Assembly: GCA_050949565.1 (NCBI GenBank)
Contig: JBMNFY010000010.1
Location: 160,001 to 224,000, forward strand
Direction of reading: 5' to 3'
From: Kiritimatiellia bacterium
GTDB lineage: Bacteria > Verrucomicrobiota > Kiritimatiellia > RFP12 > UBA1067
Length of the DNA stretch: 64,000 nt
The stretch's first letter is position 1, and the number at the start of each line of letters is the position of its first letter. Below, in pieces: positions 18,761-27,431 of the stretch. The notes under the pieces are model-generated. The model did no database searches and was not told where the DNA came from. It saw only the letters and a list, made by a program, of their open reading frames with translations. A program made the position numbers and the translations under genes.

Positions 18761-20173
18761 ATGAAGAGCGGTTTCAAGCGTCGTACTTTTCTCCGTTCCG
18801 TCGGTGCGGCGGGCGTGTTTTCAATCCTTCCGCGTAGACTGATCGCCGGCAGCGGTGAAGCGCCGCCCAGTGAGACCGTGCGCTTCGCGGCGGTGGGTGT
18901 CGGTGGACAGGGGCGGGCCGACCTCAAGGGGTTGACCGATGCCAAACTCGGGCAGGTCGTAGCCGTGGCGGATGTCGATCCGCGCTGCCTCGCGGAGACC
19001 AAGAAGATGTTTCCGTCCGTGCTGACCTTTGCGGACTACCGCGAGATGTACGACAAAGCCGGCAAGAGCTTCGACGCGGTGCTCGTGGCGACGCCGGACC
19101 ACTGGCACGCACTGCTCACGCTCGACGCCATGCAGATCGGCAAGCATGTCTACACCGAGAAGCCGCTCGCGCGTACGGTGTGGGAGGTGAACCAGTTGAT
19201 GAAGGCCGCGCGCCGCTACAACGTGGTGACCCACATGGGCAACCAAGGTCACTCCTTCGCCAGCCACCGGACCTTCACCTCTTGGGTACGCAAGGGGCTG
19301 CTCGGCGAGATCCGCGAGGTCCATACGTGGACGACCATGCGCCTGCTCGACTCCGCCAGCAAAATCCCGGAACTGGCCAAACAGGAGCGAGTGCCCGAAG
19401 GGCTCGACTGGGATCGCTGGATCGGACCGGCCGAGTATTATCCTTACTCGCCCTATTTCACGCCCAACCGCTGGCGCGCGTGGACGCCGTTCGGCACCGG
19501 CACTCCCGGCGACTGGGGCTGCCATCTGCTCGACCCGATCTACGACGCGCTCAATCTGCGTAGCCCGCAGCGCATCATGGCAGAGGTGACGCCGGGGTGG
19601 GATCCCGTGCGCGACCGGCTGGCGTTCCCCAATGCCGCGCGCATCCGCTATGAGTACGATCTCGCCAACGGCAAGACAATGACGATCGTGTGGCATGACG
19701 GCGAGTTCTGCAACGAGGTGCCGCGACCGTCAATGCTGGAGGAGGGGCGCGAGTTGGGCAATCGCATCGTGCCGAAGCAGTGGAATGCGGGCGCGGTGGT
19801 GTACGGCAGCAAGTACACGCTCAAATACGGGTCGCATGGTGCCGACGGCTGTCGCGTGATTCCAGAAAGCGATATGCGCACGATGATCCGCGACATCAAG
19901 GCGGAGGAGAAGGCGAAGCCCAACTTCTGGATGACGCAGATCGGCAGCCACTTTGAAGATTTCACCACTGCGATCAAGATCGGCCGCAAGTCAAACAACC
20001 CGTTTGAGACGGCCGGCTATGTGGCCGAGAACGCGGCGCTCGGAGCAATCGCGGTGCGCCACCCGAATGTGCGGCTGGAGTGGGATTGCGAGGCGTTGCG
20101 CTTCACGAACTGTGAAGCCGCGAATGCCATGGTCGCGCCTGCGTATCGCAAGGGATACGCGCTCAACGTGTAG
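18761..20173 (+). CDS. Tat-exported Gfo/Idh/MocA family oxidoreductase
   Basis: KRRTFL signal; VGVGGQG; VATPDHWH; HVYTEKPL; GDWGCHLLD. Confidence 0.92.
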   Translation: MKSGFKRRTFLRSVGAAGVFSILPRRLIAGSGEAPPSETVRFAAVGVGGQGRADLKGLTDAKLGQVVAVADVDPRCLAETKKMFPSVLTFADYREMYDKAGKSFDAVLVATPDHWHALLTLDAMQIGKHVYTEKPLARTVWEVNQLMKAARRYNVVTHMGNQGHSFASHRTFTSWVRKGLLGEIREVHTWTTMRLLDSASKIPELAKQERVPEGLDWDRWIGPAEYYPYSPYFTPNRWRAWTPFGTGTPGDWGCHLLDPIYDALNLRSPQRIMAEVTPGWDPVRDRLAFPNAARIRYEYDLANGKTMTIVWHDGEFCNEVPRPSMLEEGRELGNRIVPKQWNAGAVVYGSKYTLKYGSHGADGCRVIPESDMRTMIRDIKAEEKAKPNFWMTQIGSHFEDFTTAIKIGRKSNNPFETAGYVAENAALGAIAVRHPNVRLEWDCEALRFTNCEAANAMVAPAYRKGYALNV

Positions 20174-20217
20174 GGCGGTTGTGCGGGAAGAACGCATCTG
20201 AGGAGATAACAAGAGCG

Positions 20218-20907
20218 ATGAAAAAAACGATCATGGTTGCGCTTGCCCTGCTGTGTGCGGGGTGGATGGCTCAGGCAGCGGGCATTCAAAAAATCCTGTT
20301 CTTAGGTAACAGCATCACGCTGCACGGGCCGAACAAAGGTATCGGTTGGGAGGGCAACTGGGGCATGGCCGCCAGTGCGCTCGACAAGGACTACGTGCAT
20401 CTTGTGGCCAAAGGATTGAGCGGACCGGACGGCACCAAGCCGAAGATACTGGTCAAAAACATTGCGTCGTTTGAACGTCAGTACGGCACTTACGACAGCA
20501 CCGACCTAGTGAAAGAGTGTGCCGCGTTCGCGCCGGACCTGATCGTGGTCGCGATCGGCGAGAACGTGCCCGCATTGACCAACGCCACGCAGCAGACACT
20601 CTTCGCGACAAAGACCGCCGAACTGCTTACCGCCATCCGTGCGGAACGCCGTCCGCAGATCGTTGTGCGCAGTTGCTTTTGGGCAAACGCTGCGAAGGAC
20701 GGGGCGCTCAAGACAGCGTGCCAGGAGGTCGGCGGACGCTACGTTGATATCGGCGCGCTTGGCAGAGACGAGGCCAACTACGCGCGCTCCGAGCGCGAGT
20801 ACACGCACAAAGGCGTCGCCGCCCACCCCGGCGACCGCGGCATGCAAGCCATCGCCGACGCAATCATCAAAGCCGTGCGGGAAGACAGCCCAGCAAAGCG
20901 CCCGTAA
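20218..20907 (+). CDS. Secreted SGNH/GDSL hydrolase
   Basis: Signal peptide MKKTIMVAL; FLGNSIT; IGEN; HPGDRGM. Confidence 0.88.
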   Translation: MKKTIMVALALLCAGWMAQAAGIQKILFLGNSITLHGPNKGIGWEGNWGMAASALDKDYVHLVAKGLSGPDGTKPKILVKNIASFERQYGTYDSTDLVKECAAFAPDLIVVAIGENVPALTNATQQTLFATKTAELLTAIRAERRPQIVVRSCFWANAAKDGALKTACQEVGGRYVDIGALGRDEANYARSEREYTHKGVAAHPGDRGMQAIADAIIKAVREDSPAKRP

Positions 20908-20964
20908 TGCTGTGAATGGTCGCGGGCGGAGCGCGGCTGCGCGGTGCAAGGTTTTAACCTCGTC

Positions 20965-20989
20965 TTTGTGACCACTGAGTGGTCACAAA
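20965..20989. repeat. Perfect 12-bp inverted repeat with 1-nt spacer
   Basis: TTTGTGACCACT-G-AGTGGTCACAAA, followed by a third near-copy AGTGGTCGCAA. Confidence 0.85.
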
Positions 20990-20999
20990 AAGTGGTCGC

Positions 21000-21187
21000 A
21001 ATTCGGCGATGACGCGGTTGCGCATCATGGCCGTTGACGGTGACGCCCTGCTTGCGGAACAGCTTGGCGAGGTCGTAGGTGTCGAGGATAAGCTTGCCGG
21101 GACATTTTTCCGAGCACAACAGCGCGACCATGGGCCGGTCAAGGATGGCCGCGTTGCCTATGCTGGAGATGTTCGTGTGCCGGTCAT
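21000..21187 (-). pseudogene. Fragmented DprA/SMF-like (SLOG) gene remnant
   Basis: ISSIGNAAILDRPMVALLCSEKCPGKLILDTYDLAKLFRKQGVTV in one frame, joined to TAMMRNRVIAEL in another; the middle and C-terminus are missing. Confidence 0.55.
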
Positions 21188-22002
21188 GTGTTCACCGCCC
21201 CTTTGCATTGGGGATAACCAGAGCAGCCCCAGAACTGCTGACCGGCGTTCCTGCCGCTCTTGGCTGTCCGCAGCACCATGGGCTTGCCGCATTGCGGACA
21301 AGTAGGGATGTGATCAGACGGATCAGACGGATCGGCCTGATCGTGTCTGCGCCGCTCCCGCTCGACCAAGCGCGCGGCGGCGAGACGTTCGCTGTAGCCG
21401 CCGCCTTCGACGAACTGCTCTTCCACGGCTGCGATTTGCTGGTCGAGCAAGTAGTTCGCTTGGTTGATCAGGCAGATCAGCGTATTTGCGCGCACGGCGG
21501 GGTCGGCGTGTTCCAACCATGGCGCATACAGCGCCCAGCGCTCTTGATCGGTCAGATCAGTCAGATCGGCCTGATCAGTCTGATCTTCTCTGAAGCGTCG
21601 CGGGACCGCGCGTACTGCGTGCGCCTCTGCGCTGTCCCGTTTCCACTGCGGCAAGTGCCGGTGGCGCAGGAAGTCTTCGAAGTCGAGCAGCAGTTCCTCC
21701 AGGCTCGCGCGAGCGACATTGAGCAGGCGTAGCTCCGTTTGCGACGAGGTGGCCGACGCACGGCTGCCCTCGGCGATGTTCTGGCGGCCCGACCGCGCCG
21801 CCTGCACCATCTGATCCACCATGCGCGACCGCGGGTCGAGGAACTTTTCGCAGAACCAATAGGTGGCATCGTAGATGACCGTGACCGCTTGGAAGCTTGC
21901 CGTCTTGCGGTAGCCGCCGCTCGGCCGCAACTTCCTGCGTCCTCTCATCTGGTAATCCGGCCGATCTGTCTGATCCGGTACTGCTCTCCGCCGTTCCTCC
22001 AT
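21184..22002 (-). CDS. Four-helix-bundle (23S IVS/Avd-like) protein with suffix domain and topoisomerase-type C4 zinc finger
   Basis: GGYRK...DQMVQAARSGRQNIAEG...VARASLEELLLDFEDFL; QANYLLDQQI...EGGYSERL; CPQCGKPMVLR...FWGCSGYPQC. RBS AAGGAGGAG upstream of ATG 22002. Confidence 0.9.
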   Translation of the reverse strand: MEERRRAVPDQTDRPDYQMRGRRKLRPSGGYRKTASFQAVTVIYDATYWFCEKFLDPRSRMVDQMVQAARSGRQNIAEGSRASATSSQTELRLLNVARASLEELLLDFEDFLRHRHLPQWKRDSAEAHAVRAVPRRFREDQTDQADLTDLTDQERWALYAPWLEHADPAVRANTLICLINQANYLLDQQIAAVEEQFVEGGGYSERLAAARLVERERRRHDQADPSDPSDHIPTCPQCGKPMVLRTAKSGRNAGQQFWGCSGYPQCKGAVNT

Positions 22003-22609
22003 CGCGTTCACTCCTCCTTTTAGTCTGTCGTCCTGTTCTTGCGCGCACCTTCCGGTAAGTACTGTAACAAGCGGCCTCCATGGATGCGAGCGCAAATCCC
22101 CAATCGAGCCGCGCCGATAACGCGGACACCTGTCCTGTGGTGCGTGTTCACACGCGCATCATCCGCTTCAATGGAGCTGCGCCAACAAGCCGGTGGGGAT
22201 TGAAACCGAATCGGGGATTTTTCCGGTGATGAAACACTTATAGAGCGCACATTGCCAGGGAAACGGCAATTGTCCGGTCGCTTTTTCAAACATGCTGGCG
22301 AAGTCATTCATGGGGTTCTCCGATTAAACAGGGTGTTCGCAACATACACCTTATGAATTTAACTTGCAAGCGCATTCCTAAGCAGAGTTTAAGGGGCGGG
22401 CATGTCTGCGTCGCGACCGCTCGACCAGACGCACGGCTGCGAGCAAATCGGCTCGCGGGAACGTTCGCCAAGCTCTGCATCGTGGCGTTTTTACTCTCAT
22501 GGTTGCGAGCCACTGTGTGGTCGCAACGATCACTTTCCCGCGAATGTTTGAAAAAAGTTATGTCTGAAATCGAACGCAATGGCGGTGCGTTTCCTCTATA
22601 CTCCTATCG

Positions 22610-22638
22610 TTGACTGGATAATGTGCATTTTTTATACT
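22610..22638 (+). promoter_or_regulatory. Sigma70-type promoter for the PATR protein gene
   Basis: TTGACT (22610-22615), 17 bp spacer, TATACT (22633-22638). Confidence 0.7.
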
Positions 22639-22743
22639 CTGTGTCATCGACTGGGCTTCGTGACAATCGCGGGGGTGTCGCTTCGGACAGAACGGTAACG
22701 GAAGTCATATTGTGGTGGATCATCAAACGGCCTTGCAGGAGGG

Positions 22744-25700
22744 TTGGATATGAACAGTGCTTGCAGATGTGTGTGGTCGGTCATCGCGTGCGTGTTGGTT
22801 GGGCATGCGTCACTCTGGGCTGCGGACGGTACTTGGTCGAGTGGTGCCGACGGTTTATGGAGCGAAACCCAGAATTGGCAGGCGGGGCAGGTTGCGTCTG
22901 GTGCGGGCTCTGTCGCTTACCTGTCGGCTGTCGGCGTGCCGGTCGCCATCCAGAATGACATGACCGGTCTGGCGCTCAAAGGGTTGGTTTCGCGCGGCGG
23001 TGCCTATTCGTTGCGGGGGCAGCCGTTGACGCTGCAAGGCGCCGTCTCGGGTGACTATGGGCTTGTGGTCGAGGAGGGGACGCTCACGGTGCAGAGCGAT
23101 GTGACGCTGAACACCGATATGCAGTTCAACGTTGCGGGTGCGGGGCAACTCACGACTGCCGGGGCGCTTGCCTATTCGGGCAACCGGACGCTGGTCAAAC
23201 GGGGCGATGGCGAGTGGGTTTTCGCGGGAACCATGGGGTTGACCAATGCCAGTTCGTATCTGGATGTCAGGGGCGGAACCCTGCGGCTTGTTTCCGGCGC
23301 GGTGTTGACGAAACGGGGCGGCGACCGCCAGACGTTTCGCGTCGGCAGCACGACGCCGGGGCGTGTGGTGGTCGAGAGCGGCGCGGCTCTGAATGTCGCG
23401 GCGTTCATGTTGGGGGAGGGATCGTCCAGCGCGACGCAGGGGAGCGGGGTGCTTTGTGTGGACGGCGGCGTGTTGACGGCGAATAGTTTCGCCGACCAAG
23501 GTACTCTAGTCGGACGTTACGCAGACTCCGTTTTTTGTGTGTCCAACAATGCGGTTGCGGAGTTCGATCGCTGGTTGAGTTTGGGGGCGTGGGCGCGCGG
23601 GGAACTGCGTATTGGCAGCGGCGGCACGGTGTCTGCGGGGCAGGTGTCTTTGGGGGTCATCCTGTATGAACAAGCGGATTTGAACGGCGGCTCGTATGTG
23701 CATATCGGTTCAGGCGGCACGCTGGCGGCGACCGACCTGTTTGCGTGGCGCTCGTCGGGTTCGGGGCCGCGCACGAATGTGGTGGTAGTCGGTGATGGCA
23801 ACCCTGGCAGTGGTCTGCTCAGTGTGCCGGCGACCACGCGGTCGGCCAACAATGTCAGCTTCGCGCGTCTGATTCTGGATGGCGGAACGCTGCGGACGAT
23901 CGGGCTGCGGAACAGCGAGAACAATGAGTCGCTGGCGGACTATCTTTACGGGCTCAATCAGTTTTGGCTGGGGCCGGGCGGCGGGGTGATCGATACGGCG
24001 GGGCAGGATGTGACGGTGGTGCAGCAGATCGCGCGCGACCCCGCGCAGACGAAAGACGGCGGGTTGGTGAAGTGCGGCGCGGGCCTCTTGGAGTTGGATG
24101 CCGTCCATACGTTCAGCGGCGCGACGATCGTTTCCAACGGCGTCCTGCGGGTGTCGCCTGCCGGTGAACTGGTCGATTCGCCGGTTACTGTCGCGGCGGG
24201 AGGCGTGCTCAGCTTGCAGGTTGCAGCCGGTGCCAGTAAGACGCTGGCCGGGCTGGTCCTTGAGGAGAACGCGGGGCTGTCGATAACCGCGCCGACGTGG
24301 CAGGCGCTTGCGGCGGGCGTGGTGTCTGTGACGGGCGATGTGGTGTTGGCTCCGGTAGAGGTGCAGCTCTGGGGGAACGGCACAATAACCAACGGGACGT
24401 ATGTACTGCTGACGTGCCAAGGCACCATCACGGGTGACCCGAGTGCCATGCGCCTGCTGACGGGAACCTTCGACAAGGGCTATACCTTTAGTGTCGTCGG
24501 AAATGAATTACGGCTCACGGTGTCAACGGCGTCAGCAGGAGCGGCGGTATGGATCAGCGCGACCGGCGGCGCGTGGGCGGATGCGGCGAACTGGGCCGAG
24601 GCGCCGGGGGCGGGCGCTGTCGGGTTGCCGGTCGGCTTTGGCGATGCGATCGGCGCGCCTGCGTCGGTCACGCTCAATGATGCCGCGACTGTGGGCGAGT
24701 TGCTGTTTAACAGCCCGCACGCCTACACGCTGACGGGTTCCGGCAGCCTGACACTGGCCACTTCCAACGAACAGTCCGTCGTGGCAAACGTCCTACGTGG
24801 CACACACGTTGTTGACGTACCGACCGTATTGCAGAACGACATGCTCGCCGACACGGGCGGTGGAGAGCTACGCCTGTCAGGGGCGGTTTCGGGGGGCGGT
24901 GCGCTGACAAAGACAGGCGGGGCGCGCTTGCGCTTGTCCGGTGCAAACAGCTATGCGGGCGGCACGGTCATTGAAAGTGGTGCCATCGACATCGCGGGCG
25001 ACTCACCGTTCGGCGTGGGGCCGGTGTTGCTCAAGCCCGGTTCTGCAATCGCGTCGAAAGAGCAGCCCGCCCGCATCGCAAACGATGTGACGATGTCCGG
25101 CGGCGTCATGTGGGTGGGGGCGTATACGCCGTTGACATTGGATGGCGATTGGACTGCCGCGCAGGGATCGAGCCTGTTGACCAAAGTCGCAACGGACGAG
25201 TTGACGTTCAACGGGAGCTTGCAGCCGACGGCGGGCGGCAGCGTCCGGCTGGAACTGCGTGTCGGCAGCGTCCGTTTTGCTTCGGGCTCCAATCTGAAGT
25301 TCGACAGCGGCAGCATACGGGATTCGATTGCCTTCGGGCCGCCGGGCGGCGTGATGGCTGAGCGCGCCTTGATTGTGGAACCGGAGGCACGCGTCGATGC
25401 CGGTTGTTTGTTTGTTGGCGACGGGGCGACGAACCGCGTCTCGGTGCTTGGCGGTGACATACGGCTGGCGGGTGGAGGGGAACATGACGACGCTATGCTG
25501 CTCGGTAATAATAACGCTACCGAAAGCAAACTCATTGTGTCCGGGGGGTCGATGATGGCCGCAGATGGAACGTGGAGCCTGCTGGGAATCACCCGTGGGA
25601 GGAGCGAACTCGCGGTCGGCGGCGGCATCCTCTCGTTGGCCAAGGTGTCGTGCGGCATTCGTGATCTGGTCGATACGACCTCCGGCTCCAGTGCATTGCC

Positions 25701-27378
25701 GTTGGCGGTGCATGTGTCGGGCGGTGTGCTTGAGGTGCGTGAGCGGTTCAACTGGATGGCCGACAGGAACGGCGCACGCGTGAACGAGGTCCGCTTGACG
25801 GGCGGCACGTTGCGTCTGCCGCCGACCTATGCGACAGTCGGCGCGCGGCTCAATCAGACCCGCCTGATCCTTGATGGCGGCGTATTGGAGAGCTGGGGTG
25901 GCGACATGAGCACTGGAACGCCGCTGGAGTATTTGTCGGGGCTCAAGCAGGCTTATGTGGGCGCTGGTGGTGCGTGGATCAATACCCGGGGACGTACCGT
26001 CAACTTGTCGCAGCGCTTGACGGCATGGGACGGCGGCGATGGCGGGGTCGTCAAGTGCGGGCCGGGTACTCTTGCTCTGTCCAGTGTTCCGTGTGTCACC
26101 GGACGGGTCGATGTCCGCTCGGGGACGTTGCGGCAGCAGCCGGACAACGGCGCGGTCTATCCGGACGATCCGCTGTTGCTACTGACGTTCGAGGACGGGG
26201 TGCTTAATGATCGTTCCACGTACAATCACACGCTGGGCGTTGTCGGGAATGTAGACAATCTGGTCAGTGTGGAACGCCCCGACGGCCATACCGGCGTGCG
26301 GTTCAACGGTTCCACGGCGCTGTATTTGAACTATCGTGACGATGTGCAGCAGGCGGACAGCTTTACGGTCTCGGCCTGGGTGCGGCTGTCCGCATACGGG
26401 GCGAACAATCAGCGCAGGACGTTTTTCGGCACCTTGGACGACTACACGGAAGATGCCCACGACTTCCTGTTGCGCGTCGTGGCAGACGGAGGGGGAACGT
26501 TCCGTTGGTTGGGGACGGGGCCCGACAAGCTTACTTATGGCCATCTTCTGGCCGATGTTGAGGGAGCGGTGCCCTTGAATACGTGGACCATGCTGACCTT
26601 TGTGGTGGACGGGCAGAACGGGTTTTCCATGTACGTCAATGGAATGCGCCGGACAATGAAAGTTAAGAAAGGGAGTGTAACGACGTTTACCGATTCGTAT
26701 GGCGCCGGACAGTCTTGGCTGCTGGTCGGCAAGAACGACGGCAAGGCTTTTAATATCGGGGCCGTTGCCAATACGGATACGGATTGTTTCACCGGCGATA
26801 TGGATGATGTTGCGGTTTATCGGCGTGCGCTGTCCGATGCCGAGATCGCCATGCTGTATGCCGCGAAAATGCCCTATGGACGTCGTGTGCGCGTGGCGGC
26901 CGGTGCGTTTTACGATCTGGCCGGCGCGGAGCAGGAGATTGATGAGGTGACGGGCGAAGGGAGGATCGACAATGGGACGGTTGCAGTGACCGGTCTCCTT
27001 GATCCTGGCCATGACCGCACCACGCCTGCGGGCGCAACGCTGACGGTCGGCGGCGGATTGACGTTGGCAACGAACGTCACCTATATCTGCGACTGGACGC
27101 CCGAGGCGAATGACTGTGTGGACGTTTGGGGAACGCTGACCGTTGAGGGTGCCGGATGTGTTGATCTCGGCTTGAGCGAGCCTTGGCAGATGCCGGGCGC
27201 ACCCCGCAACAAGGTGATCCCGATCATGTACTACTCGGCGATCGAGGGTGCCGCAAACTTTGAGCACTGGCAGGTGACGGGCACCGGGCGGTCAACGCGG
27301 GCGAGCATTCAGGCCGAAAACGGTGTGGTCGCCATTCTGCTCGAAGTGCCGAGCGGCACGCTGTTGCGACTGCGTTGA
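22744..27378 (+). CDS. Secreted PATR (autotransporter-associated beta-strand repeat) protein with LamG-like domain; no beta-barrel
   Basis: Signal peptide; repeats GGLVKCGAGLLEL...FSGATIVSNGVL and ALTKTGGARLRLSGANSYAGGTVIESG; LamG FTVSAWVR...WTMLTFV...MDDVAVYRRALS; ends PSGTLLRLR. Confidence 0.85.
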   Translation: MDMNSACRCVWSVIACVLVGHASLWAADGTWSSGADGLWSETQNWQAGQVASGAGSVAYLSAVGVPVAIQNDMTGLALKGLVSRGGAYSLRGQPLTLQGAVSGDYGLVVEEGTLTVQSDVTLNTDMQFNVAGAGQLTTAGALAYSGNRTLVKRGDGEWVFAGTMGLTNASSYLDVRGGTLRLVSGAVLTKRGGDRQTFRVGSTTPGRVVVESGAALNVAAFMLGEGSSSATQGSGVLCVDGGVLTANSFADQGTLVGRYADSVFCVSNNAVAEFDRWLSLGAWARGELRIGSGGTVSAGQVSLGVILYEQADLNGGSYVHIGSGGTLAATDLFAWRSSGSGPRTNVVVVGDGNPGSGLLSVPATTRSANNVSFARLILDGGTLRTIGLRNSENNESLADYLYGLNQFWLGPGGGVIDTAGQDVTVVQQIARDPAQTKDGGLVKCGAGLLELDAVHTFSGATIVSNGVLRVSPAGELVDSPVTVAAGGVLSLQVAAGASKTLAGLVLEENAGLSITAPTWQALAAGVVSVTGDVVLAPVEVQLWGNGTITNGTYVLLTCQGTITGDPSAMRLLTGTFDKGYTFSVVGNELRLTVSTASAGAAVWISATGGAWADAANWAEAPGAGAVGLPVGFGDAIGAPASVTLNDAATVGELLFNSPHAYTLTGSGSLTLATSNEQSVVANVLRGTHVVDVPTVLQNDMLADTGGGELRLSGAVSGGGALTKTGGARLRLSGANSYAGGTVIESGAIDIAGDSPFGVGPVLLKPGSAIASKEQPARIANDVTMSGGVMWVGAYTPLTLDGDWTAAQGSSLLTKVATDELTFNGSLQPTAGGSVRLELRVGSVRFASGSNLKFDSGSIRDSIAFGPPGGVMAERALIVEPEARVDAGCLFVGDGATNRVSVLGGDIRLAGGGEHDDAMLLGNNNATESKLIVSGGSMMAADGTWSLLGITRGRSELAVGGGILSLAKVSCGIRDLVDTTSGSSALPLAVHVSGGVLEVRERFNWMADRNGARVNEVRLTGGTLRLPPTYATVGARLNQTRLILDGGVLESWGGDMSTGTPLEYLSGLKQAYVGAGGAWINTRGRTVNLSQRLTAWDGGDGGVVKCGPGTLALSSVPCVTGRVDVRSGTLRQQPDNGAVYPDDPLLLLTFEDGVLNDRSTYNHTLGVVGNVDNLVSVERPDGHTGVRFNGSTALYLNYRDDVQQADSFTVSAWVRLSAYGANNQRRTFFGTLDDYTEDAHDFLLRVVADGGGTFRWLGTGPDKLTYGHLLADVEGAVPLNTWTMLTFVVDGQNGFSMYVNGMRRTMKVKKGSVTTFTDSYGAGQSWLLVGKNDGKAFNIGAVANTDTDCFTGDMDDVAVYRRALSDAEIAMLYAAKMPYGRRVRVAAGAFYDLAGAEQEIDEVTGEGRIDNGTVAVTGLLDPGHDRTTPAGATLTVGGGLTLATNVTYICDWTPEANDCVDVWGTLTVEGAGCVDLGLSEPWQMPGAPRNKVIPIMYYSAIEGAANFEHWQVTGTGRSTRASIQAENGVVAILLEVPSGTLLRLR

Positions 27379-27431
27379 GTGTGGCTGGATTTTGGTGCAG
27401 AAAACTGTGAGATAACAAGGGCTTCTGAGGC

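Noticed and set aside
21184-22002. Diversity-generating retroelement (Avd-like gene)
   Set aside because: No reverse transcriptase and no TR/VR pair with adenine-specific mismatches were found in the window.
22020-22600. Riboswitch, ncRNA or small gene in the long intergenic region
   Set aside because: I could not match any known RNA motif and the short ORFs lack RBS or motifs. An Infernal/Rfam scan would be needed to exclude it.
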